Source of the DNA: Mobula hypostoma
Lineage: Eukaryota
Direction: 5' to 3'
NCBI RefSeq assembly: GCF_963921235.1
Contig: NC_086108.1
Location: 42,596,001-42,660,000, forward strand
DNA length: 64,000 bases
Shown here: positions 54,001-63,985 of the stretch, piece after piece
Position numbering within the stretch: the stretch's first letter is position 1
Layout of the letters: every line of letters begins with the position of its first letter
Notes under the pieces: model-generated
What the model was told of the DNA's origin: nothing
Database searches by the model: none
The model's input: only the letters and a program-made list of their open reading frames with translations
Position numbers and translations under genes: made by a program

Positions 54001-57000
54001 GGCCACTCTGTACACAGTTCATTCCAGGGCAGAAACGTGTGACACGTAAGCCTCTTGTAGACCCAACAAAGATATTTTTGCCTCCTCCTCATATAAAATT
54101 GGAGCTTATGAAAATTTTGTGAAAGCATTAAGCGAGGAAGGTGAAGGATTTTGATATTTGAGACAGATGTTTCCCAGAATAACTAGTGCCAAGATTAAGG
54201 AAGGCATTTATGTTGGTCCACAAATCAAACCGGTCATCGACAAACTTCTAGTGAGAGCAGAGAAAGTTTTATTCAAGGATGTTGTTGAAAATTTTCTTGG
54301 CAACTACAGAGCACCAACCTACATGCAGCTTCTTGACAAAATGCTTCAAGCATGCAAAACCATGAAGAGAAACATGTCACTAAAGATTCATTTTCTGCAT
54401 TCCCATTTAGACTTCTTTCCTGCAAATCTTGGTGCTGTGAGTGACAAGCATGCTGAAAGGTTTCACCACAACATAGCAGTCATGGAGAAATGGTATCAGG
54501 GCAACTGGGATCCATCAATGCTGATGGATTATTGTTGGACACTTAAGCAAGAGGTCTCACACACTGAGTACAAATGAAAATCATCAACAACACATTTTTA
54601 GCTTAGTTGAACTATTGCAAGATGTCAACACCATTATGCAATGAAATGCTTTATATTCAATAAAAATTAATTTCTTGTTTCTCCAATTTCCTACGTGATA
54701 CTAGCATTGTGAATTACAATTGTGTTCAGCTTCAAGCATTCTGTGATTCCCACAAGCAAATTTCTGAGAAAGCAACACTTTTGAAAAATGTGCTGTCCAG
54801 TTATACATCTACAGAGTTTACAAAAACAGTGCACTCTCTTGCTGCTCATGTCTTGTCAGTTTATAGGTGTACAAGAGTGGCTTACTAGAAGTCATTTTAA
54901 TTAGAATGCAGGGACATAACATATAACAGATGGAGGTGATTCAGTCTCTTGTGTCTACCCTGTAATTTAAAGGGAATCTGCTTCATCATACAAACCCGCA
55001 ATCATTCAGTTACTCTAAAATCTAAAAATCTACTAATCTCTCTTTTGGATATACAGTAAACAACAGCTGAGATTCAGAATTCTCATGGGTAGATAATTAC
55101 AAAGATTCACTGTGTTTTGGGAGAATGGGTATTCCTCTTATTCTTCTAAATTTCAGTCACTAAAATCTAGTCTGCTTAATGTCTCCTCATACATACACAT
55201 CTGCTCCAAAAGCAACCTGGTATATCTTTGCTGCACTGTCTTATAATTATGTTCTTCCCTAGGCAGGGAGGCCAGACATGTACACAATATTCCCAATGTT
55301 GTCTTACCAGGGTTCTAGAAAATTGGAGCAGGATGCTCCATTATATAGAGCTTAAGTTCTCTTTGCAATAAATGCTACACAACTTCCATTTTAATTCCTT
55401 GTTAACTTTTGATAAAATCATACAAGCCACAAATGCTGGAAAGCTGAAATAAAAGCTTGAAATACAGAAAGCACTCAGCAGGTCAGATAACATTTGTGGG
55501 AAGAGAAACAGTCATCATGGTCAAGGACCACAATTATGCTTCTATTTTGTTAACTTTCAATGTTTTTTTCCAGGGACACACAGGTTCCCTGAATCTCAAC
55601 TCTTTCCAATCTCTCACTATTTAAAAGCATTTTCCTTCTACTTTTTTCTACCAAGGTAACTGACCTTACATATATCTACATTAAATTCTGTCATATCCTT
55701 GACCATACATTTCATCTATCTGTATTACCTTGAAATTTCTCCACATTTGCCTCACAGACTGCCACCCAAGTTGGTGTCATATAGTAAGCATTACACTTCA
55801 ATCTCTTATCCATCTCATTGATATAGATTGTGACAAACTGAAGCACCAACACCACAAGACCATAAGACATGCGAGCAGAATTAGGCAATTCAGCCCATCG
55901 AGTCTGCTCTGCCATTTCATCTTGGCTAATCCCAGATCCCACTTAACCCCATACACCTGCTTTCTTGCCATGTCCTGTGATGCCCTGACTGATCAGAAAA
56001 CAATCAACTTCCGTCTTAAATATAACCACAGACTTGGCCTCCACTGGTCTGTGGCAGAGCATTCCACAGATTTACTACTCTCTGGCTAAAAAAAATTCCT
56101 CCTTATCTCTGTTGTAAAAGGTCGCCCCTCAACGTTGAGACTGTGCCCTCTAATTGTGGATACCCCACCACTGGAAACATCTTCTCCACATTCACCCTAT
56201 CTAGTCCTTTCAACATTCGGTAGGTTTAATGAGATTCCACCCCCCCCCCCCGCATTTTTCTAAATTCCAGTGAGTACAAGCCCAAAGCTGCCAAATGCTC
56301 CTCATATGTTAACCCCTTCATTCCTGGAATCATCCTCATGAACCTCCTCTGGATTCTCTCCAATGACAATACATCCTTTCTGAGATATGTGGCCCAGAAC
56401 TGTTGACAAATACTCCAAGTGCAGTCTGACTAGTGTCTTATAAAGGTTCAGTATTATCTCCTTGCTTTTATATTCTTTTCCACTTGAAATAAATGCCAAC
56501 ATTGCATTTGCCTTCTCTACCACAGACTCAACCTGTAAATTAACCTTCTGGGAGTCTTGCACGAGACCTCCTAAGTCCCTCTGCACCTCCGATGTTTGAA
56601 CCTTCTCCCCATTTACCCTAATAGTCTGCACTATTGTTCTTTTACCAAAATGCATTATCATACATTTCCCAACACTGTATTCCATCTAACACACTAGTCA
56701 CAGCTTCCCAACCTGAAAATTACCCCTTTTTCTTATTTTCTGCTTTCCATCTATTAACCAGCTTTCAATCCACTCCAGAATATAACTCCCAATTATTGTA
56801 AGCTCCAATTTTGTTTAATGTTATGTGGTGTCTCATGGAAGTCTGAATATACATCATCAACTATTTTGCATCTAGTCAGCTACTTACTACCTCAAAACAC
56901 TCTCCTCTTTCTTCCATCTATAAAGATGGTATAGAGTCTTATTCTTACTTTCCAAATGCTGTGTTAGAATTCTTTAAGAGTAGATTCCAGCATTCTCCCT

Positions 57001-59035
57001 ATTACTGACGGCAGCCTAACTGGGCCACAATTCAGTTTTCTCACTCGGTTTAAATAATGGCGACATATTGGCAACCCTCCAGTTACAGAGGATGTTCTAG
57101 AATCTATGATATTCCAGAAGATGACAAATGTGGTTTTCTTTCGCTTCTTCTATGAAGACAGGCAGAAAATATTTAATTGCTCTGCTATTTCTTTATGTCC
57201 TACATAATTTCTCCTGTATCATCGTATAAAGGATCTACATTAACTTTTGTTAATCTTTTCCTTCTTACATACCAATCAAAGGTCAAAGGTTTTAAATGTT
57301 TCTCTACTCCTGTGTACTATTTTTATTTTCTTTATCAATACCTTAGTTTTCCTCTGCAAAATTGTGAAATACAGGTTTCCCCCGCCATCCGAAGGTAGGG
57401 CGTTCCTATGAGACGGTTCGTAATCCGAAATGTCGTAAAGCGAAGAAGCAATTACCATTTATTTATATGGGAAAATTTTGTGAGCGTTCGCAGACCCAAA
57501 AATAACCTACCAAATCATGCCAAATAACACATAAAACCTAAAATAACAGTAACATAAAGTAAAAGCAGGAATGATATGATAAGTACACAGCCTATATAAA
57601 GTAGAAATACTTCTCTACTACGACTGCCTACACAGATCTCCGTAGCGAAAATCTCACGCAAGCGCTCTCGGCAGAAAATCTCACGCAAGCACTCTCGACA
57701 GAAACATACTCTCCAATAACCTTTTGAACTATGAAGCTGCCAAATCTACCAAATAACACGTAAAAATACACAGCCAATACAAAGTAGAAATAATGTATGT
57801 ACAGTGTAGTATCATTTACCAGAATCGGGAAAACAGCTTGCCCAGCACACTGATGGTGTGTTAGACTGAGTCGTCGCAGATTGGGGTGGTGCAGTGGCCC
57901 CCACCCTCCAGGCCGCCGACTGATACATTGCCACAAAGAACGCAGCGGTAGGCGGGAGGCACACAGCACATCTTTAAGAAAAAAGCCGAAATAAGCATTC
58001 TAATTAATTAGGTGCTGCCCGGCACGTAAATGTTGGTGCAGATCAGTGCCGATTGCGTCGTCTCTGATCTGGGCCGACAATTACATGTCGGCGGCACCTA
58101 ATTAATTAGAATGTTTATTTCGGCTTTTTTCTTAAAGATGTGCTGTGTGCCTCCCGGCTACCGCTGCATTCTCCGCGAATCGGTACAGTATCTGTCCGGG
58201 GCCCGGGGTTGGGGTGGTGGGACACGGGGGTGTCATCTCATCCATTGCTTCACTTTCGCTACTGCATTCCGTTTCAATTGTTACCCTTTCCTCTTCCAAT
58301 TGCATCAGCTCTTCATCTATCAGTTCTTGGTCATGAGATGCCAAAACCTCTTCAACATCAACTTCATCAGCTTCCACAAGCCAAACTCACTTTGTCCTTG
58401 CTTCATTCACCACGATCGAAATGCTTAATTATGTCTAGTTTTACGCTAAGTGTAACACCCTTACGAGCTCTTTCAGGCTTTTCCGACACCTTAGAGCTCA
58501 TCTTGCTAACGGCTGCTCAAAGCAACGTGTTTAAGCAATGCCGTTCCGAATCCGGGGAAGAGCGGTTGCTCTTTTATCGGGCGCTGATTTTTTATCGTGC
58601 GCTGCCTTTCTTTGTAACAGTGAAAACACCTTCTGAAAGCGAAAACAGGGTACTAATGAAGGTGTTTCGTAACAGTGAGGTTTCGTAAAGCGAATGTTCG
58701 AAAAGCGGGGGACACCTGTATTCACAATCCTCACATTTGCTGTCTTCTTTGGCAATGTCATCAACTTTTAATTTTGATCTAGTAATATCATTATCTTTTT
58801 ACCTCATCATTCAACTTAGTATCTATTCAGGAGGTAACTTTAAATTCTTCCAGTCTATGTTTCACTCTTTTAGTCGCAGTCAGAAAAAAATTACATATTA
58901 AAAAAGATGATTAAAAATTGAAATGATTGTGCTCAAACATGACATCAGTTAACAATGACGTGCTGCATTCAAGCATTTGACTTACCTTCCATTCTCCTGC
59001 TTCCAAGCAGTCATCCAGTATGAGTTTCTTGATCT
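14191..59035 (-). CDS. STXBP3: Syntaxin-binding protein 3 (Munc18c, Sec1/Munc18 family); 18 coding exons in window, first coding exon outside
   Basis: Spliced translation matches Munc18c motifs: [111 protein letters not shown]. Exons sum to 1712 nt in a continuous frame with GT-AG introns. Confidence 0.95.
14476..14624 (-). CDS. STXBP3: STXBP3 exon 18 (149 nt): [50 protein letters not shown]
   Basis: gtttag|TGCT...ATTG|gtaagt. Confidence 0.94.
15471..15556 (-). CDS. STXBP3: STXBP3 exon 17 (86 nt): [28 protein letters not shown]
   Basis: gtacag|GAT...GTAAG|gtacac. Confidence 0.92.
15647..15820 (+). mobile_element. tRNA-derived SINE
   Basis: A box TGGTGTAGTGG, B box GGTTCAAATCC, then body shared with 11630-11770. 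Confidence 0.75.
16289..16625 (-). mobile_element. Solo LTR (337 bp)
   Basis: TG...CA ends with imperfect inverted termini; 4-bp TSD ttac (16285-16288 and 16626-16629); minus-strand TATAAA (16441-16436) then AATAAA (16353-16348). Confidence 0.75.
18007..18042. repeat. (TA)n(TG)n microsatellite
   Basis: Direct observation. Confidence 0.95.
18786..20460 (-). mobile_element. CR1 LINE, 5'-truncated, interrupted by a Rex1 insert
   Basis: RT ORFs 19561-20418 and 18874-19179 are nearly identical to the 386-1915 copy. Confidence 0.96.
19212..19641 (+). mobile_element. Rex1/Babar LINE 3' end nested in CR1
   Basis: Encodes ...[45 protein letters not shown]; (ATT)n tail; TSD tagtc at 19207-19211 and 19642-19646. 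Confidence 0.85.
20778..20876 (-). CDS. STXBP3: STXBP3 exon 16 (99 nt): [33 protein letters not shown]
   Basis: ttttag|TCT...GAG|gtatgt. Confidence 0.93.
20945..25925 (-). mobile_element. PLE with inverted terminal repeats, split by a CR1 insertion
   Basis: Terminal repeat at 20950-21090; body to ~21618 resuming at ~25633 with RT remnant [19 protein letters not shown]; opposite-strand terminal repeat at ~25838-25920. Confidence 0.7.
21620..25600 (-). mobile_element. Near full-length CR1 LINE (ORF1 zinc finger/coiled coil/SGNH esterase; disrupted ORF2 APE-RT)
   Basis: ORF1 24399-25385 with CxxC, GDS, GTND, DGLHLN; ORF2 starts [14 protein letters not shown], then [25 protein letters not shown]; many frameshifts; 3' tail at 21620. 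Confidence 0.93.
26151..26254 (-). CDS. STXBP3: STXBP3 exon 15 (104 nt): [35 protein letters not shown]
   Basis: ttatag|GAACG...TCT|gtaagt. Confidence 0.92.
27455..27912 (-). mobile_element. Degraded CR1 3' end
   Basis: acaggcccttcagc tail and accactctctgtgtaaagaa (FFTQRVV) segment. Confidence 0.65.
28132..28270 (-). CDS. STXBP3: STXBP3 exon 14 (139 nt): [46 protein letters not shown]
   Basis: cttaag|GAC...AATG|gtacag. Confidence 0.93.
28437..28517 (-). CDS. STXBP3: STXBP3 exon 13 (81 nt): [27 protein letters not shown]
   Basis: ctgtag|CAA...CAG|gtatac. Confidence 0.93.
29478..29543 (-). CDS. STXBP3: STXBP3 exon 12 (66 nt): [22 protein letters not shown]
   Basis: ttacag|GCC...AAG|gtataa. 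Confidence 0.92.
30669..30726 (-). CDS. STXBP3: STXBP3 exon 11 (58 nt): [20 protein letters not shown]
   Basis: gtacag|GAAA...AAA|gtaagt. Confidence 0.92.
31225..32620 (-). mobile_element. Cluster of nested Rex1/Babar LINE fragments
   Basis: [18 protein letters not shown] and [21 protein letters not shown] motifs; younger copy at ~31653-32030 inside an older one. Confidence 0.75.
33830..33931 (-). CDS. STXBP3: STXBP3 exon 10 (102 nt): [34 protein letters not shown]
   Basis: taatag|ATAT...GCGA|gtatgt. Confidence 0.93.
34460..34755. mobile_element. PLE terminal-repeat-only insert with three hammerhead motifs (one -, two +)
   Basis: 14-bp TSD taacttgaacaaaa (34446-34459 and 34756-34769); motifs at 34557-34593(-), 34598-34634(+), 34660-34697(+). 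Confidence 0.88.
34812..35562 (-). mobile_element. PLE 3' part (GIY-YIG endonuclease remnant + terminal repeat)
   Basis: YIG..., [26 protein letters not shown]. Confidence 0.8.
35950..36074 (-). CDS. STXBP3: STXBP3 exon 9 (125 nt): [41 protein letters not shown]
   Basis: tttcag|GGT...TATAG|gtaagc; most conserved SM-protein block. Confidence 0.96.
36628..36718 (-). CDS. STXBP3: STXBP3 exon 8 (91 nt): [31 protein letters not shown]
   Basis: ttccag|TGAA...AAG|gtatgg. Confidence 0.9.
37494..38095 (-). mobile_element. CR1 3' fragment
   Basis: Same 3' UTR as the 21620 copy (aagaccatacgacgtaggagcagaattagg). Confidence 0.85.
38647..38813 (-). CDS. STXBP3: STXBP3 exon 7 (167 nt): [55 protein letters not shown]
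   Basis: Acceptor atctag|GTA is clear. Donor AG|gtccat is the nearest GT in the phase (2) required by exon 8, but it is weak, so the 3' boundary is less certain. Confidence 0.8.
40070..40170 (-). CDS. STXBP3: STXBP3 exon 6 (101 nt): [34 protein letters not shown]
   Basis: ttgtag|ATTGT...CAG|gtaaat. Confidence 0.93.
40870..41560 (-). mobile_element. Rex1/Babar-type LINE internal fragment (endonuclease/tether)
   Basis: Decayed coding pattern similar to Rex1 ORF; family assignment is tentative. Confidence 0.5.
41685..42467 (-). mobile_element. PLE, 5'-truncated: GIY-YIG domain + terminal repeat with intact hammerhead core (41776-41813)
   Basis: [43 protein letters not shown]; 15-bp TSD actggaaaatgttaa (41670-41684 and 42468-42482). 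Confidence 0.9.
42490..42952 (+). mobile_element. Rex1/Babar fragment
   Basis: [23 protein letters not shown]; tail gataataaacctgattctga. Confidence 0.65.
43922..44925. mobile_element. PLE with ~280-bp inverted terminal repeats around a GIY-YIG remnant
   Basis: 43925-44200 is the reverse complement of ~44605-44885; hammerhead motifs at ~43988-44025(-) and 44782-44819(+), both with substitutions. Confidence 0.85.
45034..45106 (-). CDS. STXBP3: STXBP3 exon 5 (73 nt): [24 protein letters not shown]
   Basis: tttcag|TCT...GACT|gtaagt. Confidence 0.93.
45592..45668 (-). CDS. STXBP3: STXBP3 exon 4 (77 nt): [26 protein letters not shown]
   Basis: ttctag|TTGTT...AAG|gtattt. Confidence 0.93.
45935..46302 (+). 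mobile_element. Rex1/Babar 3' fragment
   Basis: gaaagcagcatct..catcaagga...ctcttctcactgctgccgtcaggaag; homologous to 31225-31650. Confidence 0.65.
48516..48597 (-). CDS. STXBP3: STXBP3 exon 3 (82 nt): [27 protein letters not shown]
   Basis: ttacag|ATA...AGCG|gtatgt. Confidence 0.93.
48637..48828. mobile_element. Fold-back PLE terminal-repeat pair
   Basis: ~70-bp inverted arms, 48664-48734 and 48751-48822. Confidence 0.8.
49965..51788 (-). mobile_element. L1/Tx1-clade LINE, 5'-truncated, young
   Basis: Open ORF2 C-terminus (~420 codons; FIWQG..PRI, GGMVLP, CWRRC...HIFWDC zinc knuckle); A-rich tail; TSD tggag(a/g)ggaatatcc at 49950-49964 and 51789-51803. Confidence 0.92.
52747..54802 (+). 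mobile_element. DNA transposon, CMC/Chapaev3-like, with transposase pseudogene (53122-54577)
   Basis: Termini tta|CACTGGACAACA ... TGCTGTCCAGT; motifs [53 protein letters not shown]; frameshifts. Confidence 0.72.
55855..56688 (-). mobile_element. CR1 3' fragment
   Basis: [28 protein letters not shown]1 3' UTR tail. Confidence 0.88.
57372..58718 (-). mobile_element. Tigger/pogo-like (Tc1/mariner) non-autonomous DNA transposon
   Basis: TA|CAGGT(T/G)TCCCCCGC inverted termini with TA TSD; minus-strand [26 protein letters not shown] (CENP-B-type HTH start) joined to acidic C-terminal [17 protein letters not shown]; catalytic region deleted. Confidence 0.88.
58986..59035 (-). CDS. STXBP3: STXBP3 exon 2 (50 nt): [17 protein letters not shown]
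   Basis: tgcag|AGATC...GGAAG|gtaag. Confidence 0.9.
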
Positions 59036-59319
59036 CTGCAGGAAAATAAAATTCCAAAATAAAAGTAAAATCAAATAAAAACATAATTCATGAGTTAGGT
59101 TCTTAATCCTAACAGTTCACCAGTCCTTCTTAATTTTGTGTTTTATGTATATTTACAGGTAATTGCACAAATCAGAATTTCAAAAGCAACTTATAACAGA
59201 ACCTAGTCCACGTGCCTATGTGATCACTTTGAATTATATCTTTCAATTGGCTCTGTATTCTTAAAGTTCTTGATCTTTGAGAAATCATACCAGAAATGCC
59301 TACCTCACATGGTGCGCTT

Positions 59320-59885
59320 GTCTTCATCAACTGAGGCACTGAGTACCAGAATTAGGATGTCACGTTTGTCAGGCCTCACCTAGGATATTCTGGCTACCAT
59401 ACTATGACTAAGCTACAGAGGGTGCAGAAAGGATTAACGAAGATGTTGTCAGGACTGGAGAGCTTGAATTACACGGAGAGACTGGAGAGACTGGAGAGGC
59501 TGGGGCTGTTTTCCCTGTGGTGAAGAAAGGTAAGGAATGACCTTACAAAGGTTTGTAAAATCATGAGAGGCATGGGCAAGGTGGATTGTCACGGTCTTTT
59601 TCCAGTTTAGGGAAGTCTAACACTTTAAGTCAGAGGCTTATGGCGAGAGATGAAAATTTTAAAGGGGACCTGAGAAGCAATTTTTTTCCACATGGAAAGG
59701 AGTGGGTATATGGAATGATCTGCCGGAGAGGTGGTGAAGACAAGTACAATGATATTTAGACAATGCAATAAAATGAGTTTGAAGAACATGGGTCAAAAAC
59801 AGACAGACGGCACAAACCCGAGAAGGCACCTTGGACAGCATGGACAAGTTGGGTTGAAGGGCCTGTTTCTGTGCCCCATAACTCT
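59320..59885 (+). mobile_element. Degraded CR1 3' end
   Basis: RVQKGLTKMLSGLESLNY.ERL-like remnant; gaagggcctgtttctgtg tail. Confidence 0.7.
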
Positions 59886-59967
59886 CCCACTCCACATGAA
59901 ATTTATGTGATTATTTTAGCTGATGATATATTATCGTTTCTGCTTAAACATTACTCAGTATGGCAAT

Positions 59968-60061
59968 GAAAATATGGCAGTGTAGATAAAATCAGCATGA
60001 AAATATGGTAGCATAGATAAAATTGGTATGAAAATATGGTAGCGCAGTTAACAAATTTCAT
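59968..60061 (+). repeat. 31-bp minisatellite, 3 copies
   Basis: Units start gaaaatatgg at 59968, 59999 and 60030. Confidence 0.85.
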
Positions 60062-60519
60062 GATAAAAGCCAGTGATAATAAACCTGATTTTGATTCTGA
60101 AAATTTAAAAGTAGCTTCAAACCACTACTGCGATTATAAATCTCCATTTCACTTCACACAGATCAGCAGATTCCCTTTGCAGGTGAACAACATTCAGAAG
60201 AGGAATAGCTTAATGCACTGTATCATTAACTTTTTAACTACTGCTTAAGTCACTTAAAAAGGTAAGTAAAAGAAACACACTATTGCTCAGAATATTAACT
60301 TCTTCATTAACAATGCTGTTCAAGTCTTAAGTGATGGCAACTTGGCTTCTAAAAAAATGTTCGTGAATACTTTTCTCAATACTAGGTTTGCACAAAACAA
60401 ATCTGGCTGGAACACAAAACCAACCTAATATCATTAATTGAAAACTACTCAATGCATTCCATAAATTGGTAGGGCTAGGTGAACATAAAGAATTTTTAAA
60501 AAAACAAACTGCCTCTACA

Positions 60520-60718
60520 ATATGTACAAAGTGCTGGAAGAACTCAGCAGGTCAGGCACCATCTATGGAGGGGAATAAGAAGTCGACGTTTCAGGCTGAC
60601 ACACTTCACCAGGATTCATCAAAACATACAGCCGCTGTTGGACCTGTTGAGTTTCTTCAGCATTTTCTGTGTGTTGCTCTGGATTTCCAGCACCTGCAGA
60701 ATTCCTCACATTTATGAT
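60520..60718. mobile_element. Degraded inverted PLE terminal-repeat pair
   Basis: gctggaagaactcagcagg ... cctgttgagtttcttcagc; decayed hammerhead motif at ~60583-60615(-). Confidence 0.65.
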
Positions 60719-61137
60719 TTGCTGCCTTTACAATGTCTCTCTGCTGTCTCTGCTTATCATGAGATGCAATAACAGTATAAGATATAGGAAGAAAGTTAGG
60801 CCACTTGGCCAATTGAGTCTACTTTGCTGTTCAATCAACATTGATTTTAAACTCCTCCCCTCCAATAACACTTAAACTTCTGACCAATCAATAAGCTATC
60901 AACATCAGTCTTAAATTCACCTATAGACTTAGCCTCCACAGCATTTTGAGGTTAAAAATTCCACAGATTCACCATCCTCTAGTTGACAGAATTCCTCCTC
61001 ATCTCAGTTTTAAAGGGACATTCCTTTATTATAAGGCTCAGCTCTTAAACTCTCCACTCTCTATCCAGGCATTTCAGTATCTAGTACGCTTCATTGAGAT
61101 CCCCGTTCATTCTTCGAACTCTATGAGAGGATCATGG

Positions 61138-61572
61138 GACGGTATGAACATCGACTTCTCTAACTTCCGCTAATGCCCCACCTCCCCCTCGTACCCCATC
61201 TGTTATTTATTTATATACACACATTCTTTCTCTCTCTCTCTCTCCTTTTTCTCCCTCTGTCCCTCTGACTATACCCCTTGCCCATCCTCTGGGTTTTTCC
61301 CCCCCTCCCCCTTTTCCTTCTCCCTGGGCCTCCTGTCCATGATCCTCTCATATCCCCTTTTGCCAATCACCTGTCCAGCTGTTGGCTCCATCCCTCCCCC
61401 TCCTGTCTTCTCCTATCATTTTGGATCTCTCCCTCCCCCTCCCACTTTCAAATCTCTAACTCTTCCTTCAGTTAGTCCTGACGAAGGGTCTCGGCCTGAA
61501 ACGTCGACTGTACCTCTTCCTAGAGATGCTGCCTGGCCTGCTGCGTTCACCAGCAACTTTGATGTGTGTTGC
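61138..61572 (+). mobile_element. Young PLE 3' end with intact hammerhead motif (61474-61509)
   Basis: Ends [14 protein letters not shown]; pyrimidine-rich UTR; terminal segment almost identical to 2775-2872. Confidence 0.88.
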
Positions 61573-62199
61573 TTAAGCATCACCACTGCCAAGTCCCCTA
61601 GAATCAACATCATGGAAGTCATCATAGAGCAGTAATTAAATGAAACCAAAGTCTCTCTGTCTCTGACTTTATGACAGCAGAGTACACAGCAGCAAATTAC
61701 TCACAATTCCTCTCCAACATCAAGGTTTAATTCAAATATATAACGGAATATTGAACTTTTGCTTGCAGGAACATAGCAAACAGAACAATCAAGAAGCTAC
61801 ATACATGTGCATGACTGGATGCAATATGCAAATACATTGGCTGGGTTATCGCGAGGTGTACAGGGGTGACACAGATCAGCTGGTTGAATGGTGCTGCTCT
61901 GTGTGAAGTGAAGTGGAAATTTGTGATCACTTCAGTGGTTTGGAACTATTTTTTCAACTTTGTCAACCCTGCCATATTTTCATTGCCATACTGAAAAATG
62001 TTTAAATTGGGATCACAATATAGTAATGTGGGGACAATAATATAAAGCTATCTAAAACAATCACATAAATTGCATGTGGAGTCAGGGAGCTTTATGGCAC
62101 AGAAACAGGCCCTTCAACCCAGCTTGTCTGTCCTGACCAAGTTGCCTTGTTGGGCTAGTCCCATTCATTTATCTGTATTTAGCCCACATCCTGCTAAAC

Positions 62200-62280
62200 C
62201 AGGGGTGTCCAACCTGGGGTCTATGGAACCCTCGGTTAATGGTAAGGGTACATGGGATAAAAGGAGGTTGGGAACCCCTG
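62200..62280. mobile_element. 81-bp hAT (Charlie-like) MITE inside a CR1-tail repeat
   Basis: TIRs CAGGGGTGTCCAACCT / AGGTTGGGAACCCCTG; 8-bp TSD tgctaaac/ttctaaac (1 mismatch). Confidence 0.8.
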
Positions 62281-62364
62281 TTCTAAACCATTTCTTTCCA
62301 CTGATCTTTCCAAATTTCTTTTAAATATCATTGCACTCGCCTCCTATTCAGACGCATTGCAGCT

Positions 62365-63085
62365 CCATATTCAAAGTACATTTATTATCAAATTATGTAT
62401 ACATTATACAACCTTGAGATTCAGGCAGCCACAAAACAAAGAAACCCAGGAGAACCCATTAAAAAAAGACAGTCAAACACCCAATGTACAAAAAAAAACT
62501 AATCATGCAAAAATAAAAGTAAGCAAACAGCATTCAGAACCTCAGAAGTGAAGTTTTACAAAAGACATGAGGCCAGGCATCACTGCAGCTGAAGTAGGTC
62601 ATAACCTCACTTCAACGCGGAACTGTTCTACCCAAGAGCACAAGAAACTGCAGAGAGTTATGACTGCAGCCCCACACAATAGGCACGCCAGCCTCCCTTC
62701 ATTGGCTCTGACTATGCTTCCCACGTCCATGGGAAAGCAGCCAACGTAAACAAGGACCCTTCCCATCCCAGTCATTCTCCTTTCTTCCCTCTCCTATCAG
62801 GCAGAAGACAGAAAAGCTTGAAAGCACAAACACAAAAGCAAAGAGCAGCGTCTATCCCACTGTTAGCACTCTTAAATGAACTTCTCATATACTAAAGATG
62901 AAGTCTTGATCTCCCATTTGACTCTACTAGGGCTCTTGTCCACCTGCACTGCACTTTTCTCTGTAACAGTAACACTATATTCCACATTCTGTCTTCCTTT
63001 TGTATATCAGGATCACTCTGGATAGCATTCTAACATGGTTTTCATTATCATCGTCATACACGTGACAATAACAAACCAATTCCAC
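62365..63085. mobile_element. Rex1/Babar 3' fragments (62365-62610 minus; 62620-63085 plus)
   Basis: NCSTQEHKKLQRV..A; KDPSHP.HS...LLSGRR; gtgacaataa tail. Confidence 0.6.
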
Positions 63086-63099
63086 TGACAGGAGACTGG

Positions 63100-63985
63100 T
63101 AAATCACAAACAATAAAGATTCTGCAGATGTTGGAAATCCAGATCAATACACTCAAAATGCTGGAGTAACTCAGCAGGTTACACAGCATCTAGGGAGAGG
63201 AATAAATAGTTGATGCTTTGAGCCAACAACCTTCATCGGCACTGGAAAGGAAGAGGAAGAAGCCAGAATAAGAAGGTTGAGGGAGGGGAAGGAGACCACG
63301 CTGGCAGGTGAGAGGTGAAGCCAGATGAGGGGGTAAGTAGGTGGGCAGGGGAAGGTTGAAGTGAGAAGCTGGGCAGTGATAGGTGGAAGAGGTGAAGCAC
63401 TGAAGAAGGAATCTGATAGGAGAGTGGATTATGAAAGAAAGGGAAAGAGGGTAAACAGAGGGAAGTGATACACAGGTGAACAGAAGGGGTAAGATGGGAG
63501 CCAGAAAGGGGAATGGTAAAACAAAGCAGGGGGAGAAATTACTGTAAGTCAGAGAAATCGATGTTCATGCTGTCAGGTTGGAGGCTACCCGGCTGGAATA
63601 TGAAGTGTTGCTCCTCCAACATGAGAATAGCCTCATCTTGGCAGTAGGGAAAGCTATGGACTGACATGTCGGAATGAGAATGGGAAGTAGAATTAAAATG
63701 AGTGGTCACAGGAAAATCCTGCCTGTTGTAATAGATGAAGTGAAGGTGGTCAACGAAGCAGTTCTTCAATCTACACCCCGCCTCACCGATAGAGAGGAGG
63801 CCACATCGGATACTGTAGATGACCCCAAAAGACTTTCAAGTGGAAGGGTTGGCTCACCTGAAAGGACTGTTTGGGAATGGTGGTGAGTGAAGAGGGAGGT
63901 GACAGGGCAGGTGCAGTACCTTGCAGGGGTAAATGCCAGGAGGGAGAGACCAGTGGACAAGGGAGTCGCAGAAAGACTGGATAAA
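63100..63985 (-). mobile_element. PLE 3' part (GIY-YIG remnant + decayed terminal repeat)
   Basis: [49 protein letters not shown]. Confidence 0.85.

Noticed and set aside
59968..60061. CRISPR-like repeat array
   Set aside because: Eukaryotic context; units are contiguous degenerate tandem copies without unique spacers or cas genes.
61698..61712. Possible STXBP3 exon 1 (ATG TTG GAG AGG AAT T|gtgagt)
   Set aside because: Splicing to exon 2 would create T+AG = stop, and there is no similarity to the Munc18 N-terminus (GLK motif).
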